Source of the DNA: Escherichia phage vB_EcoM_EC001
Sequence record: MN445185.1
Direction: 5' to 3' (one strand)
Length of the DNA: 64,000 bases
This document shows, in pieces, positions 56,501 to 64,000 of the stretch (the stretch's first letter is position 1; every line of letters begins with the position of its first letter). Both the position numbers and the translations under genes were made by a program. The notes beneath the pieces were generated by a model, which did no database searches, was not told the origin of the DNA, and saw only the letters and a program-made list of their open reading frames with translations.

Positions 56501-57736
56501 AAAAAGGACCTCGATAAACTGAAGCCAGGTGAGGCACTGTCATTTATTGATGGCTTGGTGCCGGATACCCTGATGGACGATGCTAAGCGTCAGAACTTCG
56601 TTGGGATTCAATTCGGTTCTGCGACCAGTTGTGTTGGCGCAACCACCACACCGTATCGTACCGAGCAAGAAAAGTTCGTGGCACACCGTACTTCTGTGAA
56701 GCACGCACGCGTAATCGATAAACCAGGCAAGATTGTGGAGGTTCTTAACGACCACGTTAAAATCAAATACGACGACGGAGAGGAAGAAGCTTTCCCACTG
56801 GGCCGTTGGTTCGGTCCACACGAAGGGACTTACTACCCACACACCCTGGTAACGAAATGGAAGCGCGGAGATAAACTCCCTGCCGGTGCCGTTATCACGT
56901 ACAACGAACAACACTTTGAACCAGACATCTACGATCCAACGCAGGTCAGCTTTAAAAACGGGATACTGGCAACTGTCGCTTTGATTGAAGGGGAAGAAGT
57001 AATTGAGGACTCCAACGCCATTAGTGAGCGGTTCGCTGCTAAGGCTGAAGCCGATGTTACCAAACTCAAAGAAGTCACAATGACGTTTACCCAGAACCTG
57101 TTGGAGATGGTAAAAGAAGGGGACCACGTAGACGTGGATTCAATTCTATGCACCTTCACCGACAACCTGACCGGCGATATGAGCGGGTTCAGTAAAGAAG
57201 CAGCGGAAACGCTGCGTGAGTTAAGCTCCTTTGCACCACGCTCTGGTGTTCGTGGGTTTATCGACAAAATCGAAGTGGTTTACCACGGCGAGGTGGAAGA
57301 TATGACCCCGTCTTTGGCGGAGATGGTTCGTAAATACGACCGTATACGTCGGAAGACTGCGCTGGCTCTCAAACGTGACGAGCCGAAGGACGGTCGAGTC
57401 AACGGTGATTTTCGTGTTGAGGGGGTGCCGTTAGCGTACAATAGCCTGTGTGTCCGATTCTACATCACACACCGGGTAGAGATGGCAGCAGCGGATAAGA
57501 TGGTTATTGCTAACCAGCTGAAAACGACGGTTCAGGAAGTGATGTATGGAACCAACAAAACGGAAGACGGGCAGGAACTCGACATTATCTTTGGTCGTGA
57601 TTCCGTCGACGCACGTATCGTGGGTTCTATCATGCGCATCGGAACCACCAACGCTGTCGGGTATCGTGGTGGGGAGAATATCGGACGCATCTTAGATGGT
57701 GAAGACGTCCCAGCCTTGCCGGCTAAAATCAACTAA
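53531..57736 (+). CDS. large protein (1401 aa), possible RNA polymerase subunit partner; function unverified
   Basis: 4.2-kb ORF immediately downstream of the beta-prime-like gene; only weak resemblances (…PSDLGIISGNTVDNGDVGI…); acidic insert region. Confidence 0.8.
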   Translation: MIFLKQFNQRFTVRKTDEFGRPRIIPLEKLQLPRGSIYHTIDLDQVVLAPPLTTPCFGQLEKPAMIRHHFQLPEDGIIGHPRKKPVVGQERQIFQYHRNNRRIRRMIEDGVVRSDPKVLLIENYTPMLPHYFYPDTLMSWYERLHNIQLLITNQMKTDSREYMRQNYYIIELGNVLPSFDRFKMTYNDRVKTKLERFKDFNLLWLLELFGWAYGDQQATLFDGMDMNQLSRVNFIFTHNGGFTSMNMGVIERMRKSAGGRLTDVQMGRMFYRTLTTVMTTPPSTDYEDDEFVTPEGDERVHLGEDDDVVEAVASKPEETLDIVDDEATQSDNVDDILNDHEFDEKEDLVIEAPKEDVKPTTIVVERTIPHDAVIKQEVERLAEAGRVTAKAYQFLNESSKRFVNLPNPYNPKETYGEGLTIDPKKLEVKAEPKKIERLVTDEAWAENTTDQIIRQYNQEIFPKDILGAVASSQRLGLAIHNHTVEKEISVTGNIEHHTLRIQPIGGEPTTVRFSIPALTEDGTWVANGVEYTMRRQRVDLPIRKVSHDTVALTTAYGKNFVRRSDKVVNDYGRWLTNAIITRAVDPKNTEITDAKLANVFDPLSKLPRQYTEVARRVAAFNAIGYQWSFDIKQKAAFFNEGQLADADRVELVPVAKKPRSHVIVGMDKNSQLYRVDKDKTEPLGTLAEVFGVDTSKAPREMTELSLMGKSISLGFVFSYYLGLTGMLKHFGISYEVLSVGQRIDKGQFDSIIRLQDAKIAIVCENDQQRMIVNGLDRYIKHFTTYTESEVDREDIYLNLLRDADGLTPRYIKELKLMRTAFVDDMHARILRKMGEPETFIGLLERSNELLQTDHTLPEINGDEMMFIGNQRISYHIYTAMVRAMRNYNNAPNSNRKFELTQDMVWGAINSDPSVLLAPGANPVQNIKEKDVVTMGGTGGRNRKTMVYSTREFQPSDLGIISGNTVDNGDVGITAFATNNPRYDTVDGTTFKKDLDKLKPGEALSFIDGLVPDTLMDDAKRQNFVGIQFGSATSCVGATTTPYRTEQEKFVAHRTSVKHARVIDKPGKIVEVLNDHVKIKYDDGEEEAFPLGRWFGPHEGTYYPHTLVTKWKRGDKLPAGAVITYNEQHFEPDIYDPTQVSFKNGILATVALIEGEEVIEDSNAISERFAAKAEADVTKLKEVTMTFTQNLLEMVKEGDHVDVDSILCTFTDNLTGDMSGFSKEAAETLRELSSFAPRSGVRGFIDKIEVVYHGEVEDMTPSLAEMVRKYDRIRRKTALALKRDEPKDGRVNGDFRVEGVPLAYNSLCVRFYITHRVEMAAADKMVIANQLKTTVQEVMYGTNKTEDGQELDIIFGRDSVDARIVGSIMRIGTTNAVGYRGGENIGRILDGEDVPALPAKIN

Positions 57737-57783
57737 TGTAGGGCGGGTCGCTCCCGCCCGGTAAATAAACTCCGGAGTTAATA

Positions 57784-58077
57784 ATGGGAATTTTAGATAC
57801 GCTCAAGCAGCAGCATGGGATTCCGGTGGGCCGTAATAGCACGAATCCGGAAACGGAAGGTTATTCCCCACAGCAACGCATGAACTTTGTTGTTCTGGGC
57901 AATGCGGTTGAATTGGCCACCGAAATTATTCACGGACTGCTGAAGGGCAGCAATGGCCTGTCTGACCGCATGGGCGATCAGCGTTTGCTGAAACGAGACA
58001 TCGCTGATATGGTGGGTGCGCGCATTACTGGTCGCATCCAGGATTCCATCAGCACCAAAAACGGGGGTCAGGCATGA
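57784..58077 (+). CDS. hypothetical protein (97 aa)
   Basis: GGAG SD; preceded by a GC hairpin without T-run. Confidence 0.5.
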   Translation: MGILDTLKQQHGIPVGRNSTNPETEGYSPQQRMNFVVLGNAVELATEIIHGLLKGSNGLSDRMGDQRLLKRDIADMVGARITGRIQDSISTKNGGQA

Positions 58078-59549
58078 TCAACTTATATTCACTTAATGCT
58101 GTCACCAACGCAATGAAACTGGCGAAACAACACCAGATTCGTTTGGATGCTGACGTTGACAGTCCTGTTGGTCTACTGACAAAAGCGACTACGCAGCAGA
58201 GCGTTTTCGATACACAGATAACTGACGAAGAGTTCTTCCAGTCTCTGCCGGATATCACTGCACTGAAAACGCCGCAGTCCGGAACAGGCGAAGCGTCTGT
58301 AATCGCAGACACCGCAGCGGGTCCAGAAACGCTGAACGTCGAAGACCACGAACCAACGCTGTTTGAACTGAAGCGTATGGCTATCCAGCGTTGTCAGGGT
58401 ATGCTTGACTTTGCCCGTAACGTTATTCAGCCGTTTGTTCAACTGGTTATCCAAAACAACCAGGGTATTGAAAACCAGGCAGTTAGCGAAGAGTGGGCAC
58501 TCGTACCTGCAGGTATGGACCCGGCGCTGAACTCCCCGGTGGTACAGGCGTTAATTGATTCGGTAGAAAACCCGCTGGGTAATGGTACTACGCATCCCGC
58601 AGTTAAAGCCAACGTCCCTGCCGATATCGAACTGCCAGAAACTGGCAGCAAAGCATACGACGATCTGGTTAAAGAACTGTTGAATGCGCTGGGTTGGAAT
58701 ATCAACGAAGCCGTTCGCAACATGCTCGAAGGGAACATGCTCTCTCCGGTAAGCGACCAGGCACCACACAACCTGAAACGCAACATTCTGTTTATGCTGC
58801 TTTCTGGCTACTACCTGGAAATGCCGTGGAAAGACTCTGGTCTGAATAGCGGGCAGTGGAAAGCACAGATGCTGCCATTGCATTACAGCTATATCGGGTG
58901 GGTTTACGCCTACACCCAGAACATCGTTACCCGCATCAAGACCGGTAACATTGTCTTCGGATACGACAACGTTGAGAAGAAAGTGTATATCTGCCAGGAA
59001 GTTATGGATGACTATCTGGAAAAAGGCGGTAGCGTTGAAGCGTTACTGGGCGCTATTTACCAACTGGACGAAGGTGACACCAATGTCTCCACGCGTGTAG
59101 CTTCACTGTTGGAAAAACAGAAAGACTACATCGCTGCCTGGAGCCACCGTTCCGCGATTCAGCGTGCTAAGCTCGATAGCAATTGGGTAACACGCAATCG
59201 CCAGTCACTGAAACAAGCGTTTAACGTGGCTATCGATGCGACCGATCCTGAACTGTTCTGGCGTGGACAGGACGGTCAGGTAGCAACGCCGGAGTTCGTT
59301 AAGAAATCAACGGCAAGCTTCATCGATTCGTTCTTCACAACCGACACCACAGACATCACTGAGTTCGTTATCAAGGTCTCCGCGACTGAGGTCTTCGGTG
59401 AATACGAACTGTCCAAGCTGATGCTGGATATTCATCGTGGTATGATTGCTAACCGTCAGCCTGACGAGGTGGCGACCGACTGGATGATTAACTACGTCCT
59501 GGATTGGATTTGTGGCGGTGTGGTTATTTCTGTACCGAGCAAAGTTTAA
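58074..59549 (+). CDS. hypothetical protein (491 aa)
   Basis: ATGA overlap with upstream gene; GGGGG SD. Confidence 0.7.
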   Translation: MINLYSLNAVTNAMKLAKQHQIRLDADVDSPVGLLTKATTQQSVFDTQITDEEFFQSLPDITALKTPQSGTGEASVIADTAAGPETLNVEDHEPTLFELKRMAIQRCQGMLDFARNVIQPFVQLVIQNNQGIENQAVSEEWALVPAGMDPALNSPVVQALIDSVENPLGNGTTHPAVKANVPADIELPETGSKAYDDLVKELLNALGWNINEAVRNMLEGNMLSPVSDQAPHNLKRNILFMLLSGYYLEMPWKDSGLNSGQWKAQMLPLHYSYIGWVYAYTQNIVTRIKTGNIVFGYDNVEKKVYICQEVMDDYLEKGGSVEALLGAIYQLDEGDTNVSTRVASLLEKQKDYIAAWSHRSAIQRAKLDSNWVTRNRQSLKQAFNVAIDATDPELFWRGQDGQVATPEFVKKSTASFIDSFFTTDTTDITEFVIKVSATEVFGEYELSKLMLDIHRGMIANRQPDEVATDWMINYVLDWICGGVVISVPSKV

Positions 59550-59564
59550 TAAAGAGAGGTGGTC

Positions 59565-60287
59565 GTGAGCGCCATTGAAACAGCACGTCGTGACGCGACG
59601 AAAATTCATGCAGATTTAGTGGACCAAGGCACGGCCACCATCACCAAAGGGGGATGTTACATTTACATCCCTGTTGGCTTCGTGGCTAAAGAGCTGGCGG
59701 TAATTTCTTCGCAAGTCGAAATCGTCGGCATTTTCGCTATCTCCACTGACCGCAAAACCTACGGGGTATCGAACGTCACGACGTTCATTGAAATTACCCC
59801 GTCGGCGTTTGAGGAAATTGATGTTCAGGGTGTGCCGTATTACGAGTTCCGTTTTGACCCCGGCACGGTGGTGTTCCCCAACCGAATGCTGCAAGTGCTC
59901 TCCTCGCCAGTCTACAACATCGCTTCGTACATCTACGACTTCGGAAACCGGCCTTTCTGGTACACCGCAGTAGATGACGCTGAGCTATTGTCTGACACTA
60001 AGACGTGGAACGGCTTTACGGTCTTTAACGACCAGATCACCGCTGACTGTTATGCTGCCCACACACAGCGTAAGGTTGGCGACCCGCGGACGTATTTCCG
60101 CTACACCCTGAAAAAAGACAGCGATTTGATGAATCGGGTGCAGTTTATTCCGCTGCGTTCAGGTTCATTGAACAAAACTTCCCGGTTGGCCAAGATTGCA
60201 GATGTGGAACTGAAACAGGGTATCCGTTCTGCACTCCAGGTCGATCCGGTACGTGCAGAGCCACTCGAGGATTTGTATATGAGGTAA
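59565..60287 (+). CDS. hypothetical protein (240 aa, GTG start; alt GTG 59559)
   Basis: No in-frame ATG near 5' end; GTG 59565 has better-spaced GAGAGG SD. Confidence 0.6.
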   Translation: MSAIETARRDATKIHADLVDQGTATITKGGCYIYIPVGFVAKELAVISSQVEIVGIFAISTDRKTYGVSNVTTFIEITPSAFEEIDVQGVPYYEFRFDPGTVVFPNRMLQVLSSPVYNIASYIYDFGNRPFWYTAVDDAELLSDTKTWNGFTVFNDQITADCYAAHTQRKVGDPRTYFRYTLKKDSDLMNRVQFIPLRSGSLNKTSRLAKIADVELKQGIRSALQVDPVRAEPLEDLYMR

Positions 60288-60349
60288 CTGAGGTAGGGTT
60301 ATTGTACGTCCCCAATAACCCGCTTCGGTAATAACAACTGGGGAAACCA

Positions 60350-61153
60350 ATGGAAAACTTGTCACTACGTTATAACTGCGTGGCACTCGCTGGGGTCAAT
60401 AAAGGGGCAACGCTAAAGAAAGATGCGGACGGATATTACTACGTCCTGTTAGGTGCATTGAATATTTTCAACTCTGAGAATATTTACTACGCCTATAACG
60501 AGTCAAAACATGTCTTCGAGCGCTCTAACGTTTTCATGCGTAAAGTTTTAGCGGGGAATCTCTTCGGTGAAGAAGACCATCCGCAATACGAACAAGGCAT
60601 GAGCGAAGCCCAGTGGATCGAACGTAACGAATGGATCGAAACGCGTAACGTGTGTATGCACATTCGCGAAGTAGAAGTGAAGCCGACTGACCAGATGTGT
60701 AACGGTCTGCCGGTGATGGAAATCTGGGGTTGGATTAAACCTAACCGTGAACGTGGTCCGCTTCTGGCGGAAGCACTAGAGAACCCACATCAGAACGTGT
60801 GTTTCTCACTGCGTGCTATCGTTCGTGAAGGTCGTCTGGGTACGACAATCGTACGCCGCATCGATAAACTGGTCACCTTTGACTGGGTTATTGAAGATGG
60901 CCTGCAAATCTGTAACAAATACTCTGCGATTCAACGCGGTAGTAAAGTGGCACAGGAATCTACTCGCACTTACGTCGACCGCCCTATCAGTCGTCAAGTG
61001 TTGGAAGACATCCTGTACAATCCGACAACGACCAGCGCTGTTGCCACTGAGTCCCGTCGTGGCGCTCTCCAGCAACTCGCGCAGGAATACCTGCAGCTGG
61101 CTCCGAAAGTGTCCAATCTGCGGGTAATGGGCATGGGTGTAAGGAGCTGGTAA
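60350..61153 (+). CDS. hypothetical protein (267 aa)
   Basis: GGGGA SD. Confidence 0.65.
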   Translation: MENLSLRYNCVALAGVNKGATLKKDADGYYYVLLGALNIFNSENIYYAYNESKHVFERSNVFMRKVLAGNLFGEEDHPQYEQGMSEAQWIERNEWIETRNVCMHIREVEVKPTDQMCNGLPVMEIWGWIKPNRERGPLLAEALENPHQNVCFSLRAIVREGRLGTTIVRRIDKLVTFDWVIEDGLQICNKYSAIQRGSKVAQESTRTYVDRPISRQVLEDILYNPTTTSAVATESRRGALQQLAQEYLQLAPKVSNLRVMGMGVRSW

Positions 61154-61156
61154 AAA

Positions 61157-61786
61157 ATGGCAGAACATATCGACCCGTCATTAGAGCGGTGGTGTGAACG
61201 CCAGATGCCGCACGTCGCCAAAAAGTTGACGTTACGTAAACTGACTGAACAGCCGCTGCATTTAAGCAAGTGTAAGATACCGACGTTTTCGCCGCGTATC
61301 CCACTTTCGTGCGCGCCAGATGAAGACAAGACCGTGCCCAGAATTTGCTGCTCGGTAGATTTAGAGCGAGCGATTAAGGGTGCACGTCACAACTTCTCTG
61401 CAATCGAAATACCCACACGATTGTATCTTTACGGTTTTGATGAGCGTGATGTAGCGCAGCCTTCGGTCAACCTGACGCAGGAACCGAATCGGGCGGGTGA
61501 AGTATGGATTGTACCACACCGCATGTCGAACTGGGATATCAAACCGACTTACCTGGGCGAGATGCGGTTGTCAGAACTTCGCAACGGCGGCCATGTTTTT
61601 GTCTATCACTTAAGTTTCGGACAAGATGTGCGCCTGTCTACCAGTCAACTGCTGAAAGCCGGCGAATTTTATCGACTGATTATCAGCGTCAACTGGGAGC
61701 GCGGTGAAGTTAAGGTCTCGGAGGCGGTCGCCACTGCGCGTACTGCTTTTGATAACGCACTGAACGAATACGTCGTTTCACCGTAG
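61157..61786 (+). CDS. hypothetical protein (209 aa)
   Basis: AAGGAG upstream; 3-nt spacer from previous gene. Confidence 0.6.
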   Translation: MAEHIDPSLERWCERQMPHVAKKLTLRKLTEQPLHLSKCKIPTFSPRIPLSCAPDEDKTVPRICCSVDLERAIKGARHNFSAIEIPTRLYLYGFDERDVAQPSVNLTQEPNRAGEVWIVPHRMSNWDIKPTYLGEMRLSELRNGGHVFVYHLSFGQDVRLSTSQLLKAGEFYRLIISVNWERGEVKVSEAVATARTAFDNALNEYVVSP

Positions 61787-61841
61787 TGCTTAGTTCGTGG
61801 TCTGCAAATCACAACTAAAAACCACTACAGTAGGGGGACGC

Positions 61842-62141
61842 ATGAAGGTCGTTAACATCGCAATACCTCCGACCCTTCGTTGTTTGACGCCGGAAGAACT
61901 GAAAGCGTTAGCGATCTACGCTATCCAAGGAAAGGCTGGTAAAGAAGTGCTTGCCGAAATCTTATCGGAACGTTTTGATACAAAACGCAAGATTAATAAC
62001 ATCATCTCCGGAATCGCGTCGCTAGATATCATGGCACTCTATTGCGACATTAAAGAGGCTGGAGTGACAATCGACTATCGCCGTACTTACTTTCTACTCA
62101 CTGAGCCGTATCGTTCGAATATGGCAATAAAGCAGATGTAA
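61842..62141 (+). CDS. hypothetical protein (99 aa)
   Basis: Start moved from track ORF 61797 (GTG) to ATG 61842 with GGGGGA SD. Confidence 0.55.
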   Translation: MKVVNIAIPPTLRCLTPEELKALAIYAIQGKAGKEVLAEILSERFDTKRKINNIISGIASLDIMALYCDIKEAGVTIDYRRTYFLLTEPYRSNMAIKQM

Positions 62142-62194
62142 TTTTTTACATGACGTTGGTTTCATGTGTTGGGGAACAAAATAAGGACAAGAAG

Positions 62195-62743
62195 ATGTTT
62201 TATCTGGATAGCGATGGCGTTTTTGCACGCTGGCGTAAATACGTTTTATCCACACATTTTCCCGGAATGACGATTAAAGAGTTTAACGCACTACCTGAAC
62301 TCCGTCGCCGTAGTTTGGTTCGTTCGATGTATCAGAACGATCCTGACTTGTTTTACAAACTCGAACCAATTGAGGGTGTAGAGCGAATCCTGGAAACGGT
62401 AGATAGACTTTGCGACAGTTGGGCAATACTCACCTCTGGGTCAGAAGATCACTACGACCACCAATTGGTCGTGGATTCAAAACAACGGTGGTTCATGAAG
62501 CACTTTGGGGTACCAGCTGACAAAGTCATCGTCACCGAAAGTTCAGGGCAGAAGAAAGCTTACGCCTCGCGAGGTAATTTGCTTGTCGACGATTATGGTC
62601 GTAACTGTCGAGAATGGATTTTGCAAGGTGGCGCGGCGATATGGTCGCGAACTGAAGAACCGAACATTGATGGCATTTGCCTCCAGTGTGAAGCGTTCTA
62701 CAATGACCCGATTAGTCACTCGGGGACACTACTGCAAGTCTAA
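62195..62743 (+). CDS. HAD-superfamily phosphatase, possible 5'(3')-nucleotidase (182 aa)
   Basis: Start moved from track ORF 62150 to ATG 62195 (AAGGA SD); HAD motif I YLDSDGVF (DxDG) at N-terminus and C-terminal GNLLVDDYG. Confidence 0.6.
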   Translation: MFYLDSDGVFARWRKYVLSTHFPGMTIKEFNALPELRRRSLVRSMYQNDPDLFYKLEPIEGVERILETVDRLCDSWAILTSGSEDHYDHQLVVDSKQRWFMKHFGVPADKVIVTESSGQKKAYASRGNLLVDDYGRNCREWILQGGAAIWSRTEEPNIDGICLQCEAFYNDPISHSGTLLQV

Positions 62744-62754
62744 GCTCCACTAGG

Positions 62755-62796
62755 CTCATCCTATCTTCGGATACGGGTGAGTCTTTTTATTTTATT
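62755..62796 (+). terminator. probable intrinsic terminator
   Basis: Imperfect hairpin CTCATCCTATC-ttcg-GATACGGGTGAG then TCTTTTTATTTTATT. Confidence 0.55.
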
Positions 62797-62805
62797 AATT
62801 GCATT

Positions 62806-62839
62806 CAAAAAGAACTGAGATATATATTACTTAGGTGAG
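62806..62839 (+). promoter_or_regulatory. conserved promoter-like element, TATATTAC class
   Basis: CAAAAAGAACTGAGATATATATTACTTAGGTGAG, downstream of a terminator and ~50 nt upstream of gene 62890. Confidence 0.45.
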
Positions 62840-62856
62840 CGTTACACGTTAACGCT

Positions 62857-62870
62857 TTAATCGACCATTA
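62857..62870 (+). promoter_or_regulatory. conserved 5'-leader motif TTAATCGACCATTA
   Basis: Ends 19-20 nt before ATG 62890; ~18 nt downstream of TATATTAC element. Confidence 0.35.
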
Positions 62871-62889
62871 CCCAGAAGGAGTATTTACA

Positions 62890-63288
62890 ATGACTAACCA
62901 ACTACGCCAAGACCCGTTTGTTGCCATGATGCTTTGTGCTAAAGCCGAGAGCAACGAAGCCGATTTAATTCGTCTGTTGACTGATGACGAATACCTTATC
63001 GCTGAGCGCGATAAACGTTTAAAAGAACTCTACAAGCCAGAAACCGGTGAATCGCTCGACAATCAAGACGCCTGGAAGTTTCTTATTCTCATTGCTGATG
63101 AAAAGTGGCGAGCAGAAAATCCCATCGTCTGTGATATTACAGACCTACCGTACAAATACGGCGGACTCATCACCAGCGACCTGCATCTTAAAGCGTACTT
63201 TGATGGCGAAGCAATACAAGAGCTGCAAGATGTTCTTATTACAGCAACGAACACTTTGAGACGTTTGCGCGCTGAGCAGCTGATCTGA
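62890..63288 (+). CDS. hypothetical protein (132 aa)
   Basis: Preceded by terminator, TATATTAC motif, TTAATCGACCATTA motif and AAGGAG SD. Confidence 0.55.
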   Translation: MTNQLRQDPFVAMMLCAKAESNEADLIRLLTDDEYLIAERDKRLKELYKPETGESLDNQDAWKFLILIADEKWRAENPIVCDITDLPYKYGGLITSDLHLKAYFDGEAIQELQDVLITATNTLRRLRAEQLI

Positions 63289-63342
63289 TCTCTCAAAAAT
63301 AACGAATCGTACAAATCCTTTGACTGTGTAGGAAGGAATAAA

Positions 63343-63732
63343 ATGAAAATCGCAGAGGGGTTAGTAGATGCGTGCAGAGATCCATTTACGCTATGGGTTC
63401 TTTGTGGCTTGCGCCGAGACGATCGTTTCGGTGAGTTTGTTCGAAATCCAGATGCTTTACTAAGCTTCGTAGAAAGCGAGGAGAAGCGTTTAGAGGAGAT
63501 TAAGGAGGAAAGTAGTACCCTTACACCAGATATGGTGGTTTATAGCCGTATGACGTCACACAGGTGGCGTACGACCCATCGGCTGAAGGGAACCTCAATG
63601 AAGGAATTGATTGAAGGGTTATCAAAGGCGCTTTCGTCTGATAACATTATCTGGCCGGTGATGTATACCAACGAAGACCACTCTGATAACGTGAAGGTTA
63701 CACTGACACGTTGTTATCACACATTCTCGTAG
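63343..63732 (+). CDS. hypothetical protein (129 aa)
   Basis: AGGAAGGA SD. Confidence 0.55.
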   Translation: MKIAEGLVDACRDPFTLWVLCGLRRDDRFGEFVRNPDALLSFVESEEKRLEEIKEESSTLTPDMVVYSRMTSHRWRTTHRLKGTSMKELIEGLSKALSSDNIIWPVMYTNEDHSDNVKVTLTRCYHTFS

Positions 63733-63735
63733 TAG

Positions 63736-63749
63736 TTAATCGACCATTA
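63736..63749 (+). promoter_or_regulatory. conserved 5'-leader motif TTAATCGACCATTA
   Basis: Starts 4 nt after upstream stop; ends 18 nt before ATG 63767. Confidence 0.35.
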
Positions 63750-63766
63750 TCGTAAGGAATATTTAC

Positions 63767-64000
63767 ATGCAGGGCACTGAACTCAACAAACTTTGGGAAA
63801 AACTGGTTCGTCAATTCCGCGACTTCTATCGTTATACCGATAGTGCGCATCGCATGGATCACATCAACTCAGTTAAATCAAATGCAATTCGTATCGCGTA
63901 TATGCTTGGGCAAACCGAACACCTGAAGCTGATACTGATTGCGGTGGCAGCTCATGATATCTTCTCTACCAAAGAAGACCGTGCGTCTCACCACATCAAA
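63767..64000 (+). CDS. HD-domain phosphohydrolase, N-terminal part (gene runs past window end)
   Basis: TTAATCGACCATTA motif + AAGGA SD upstream; HD signature His (…SAHRMDH…) and …AVAAHDIFS…; truncated by window end. Confidence 0.6.
   Translation, partial: MQGTELNKLWEKLVRQFRDFYRYTDSAHRMDHINSVKSNAIRIAYMLGQTEHLKLILIAVAAHDIFSTKEDRASHHIK

Noticed and set aside
57741-57759. GC-rich hairpin (GGGCGGG-tcgct-CCCGCCC) after the 1401-aa gene
   Set aside because: Not followed by a T-run, so not called an intrinsic terminator; could still be an RNA stability or processing element.
1-64000. tRNA, rRNA, CRISPR arrays, integrase/transposase, inverted terminal repeats
   Set aside because: No clear tRNA acceptor/T-arm pattern, rRNA-like conservation, regularly spaced direct repeats or recombinase motifs seen by eye; absence not confirmed computationally (tRNAscan-SE/ARAGORN, CRISPR finders and HMM searches should be run).

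Overview
Dense, mostly plus-strand protein-coding DNA with short intergenic spacers, overlapping start/stop codons, strong AAGGAG-type ribosome-binding sites and many hairpin+T-run terminators: this reads as part of a large virulent bacteriophage genome, GC roughly E. coli-like by eye (not computed). Motif-level recognition (from memory, no searches run) supports: thymidylate synthase; a type-1 RNase H fused to an unknown C-terminal domain; a DEDDh 3'-5' exonuclease; a Rad50/SbcC-like ATPase with a CxxC hook; a UvsX/RecA-like recombinase; a TARG1/DarG-like macro domain; HAD and HD phosphohydrolases; a 2373-aa protein with a lytic-transglycosylase domain; and, divergent from it, a 537-aa ORF carrying RNA polymerase beta-prime-like motifs including DYDGD, followed by a 1401-aa ORF. 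Together with repeated upstream elements containing TATATTAC (which I recall as the phiKZ early-promoter core), this suggests a phiKZ-like jumbo phage encoding its own multisubunit RNA polymerase; that is a hypothesis. Most other ORFs have no recognisable function. No rRNA, tRNA, CRISPR array, integrase or transposase was recognised by eye. CDS coordinates follow the ORF track, with some starts moved to the first ATG/GTG/TTG that has a Shine-Dalgarno; non-CDS coordinates are hand-counted and may be off by 1-2 nt. Candidates for something new: the macro-domain gene in a block of unknowns (possible anti-ADP-ribosylation counter-defence), a cluster of five overlapping tiny membrane-peptide ORFs, a 440-bp ORF-poor segment with a perfect 24-bp palindrome, and two conserved upstream motif families.
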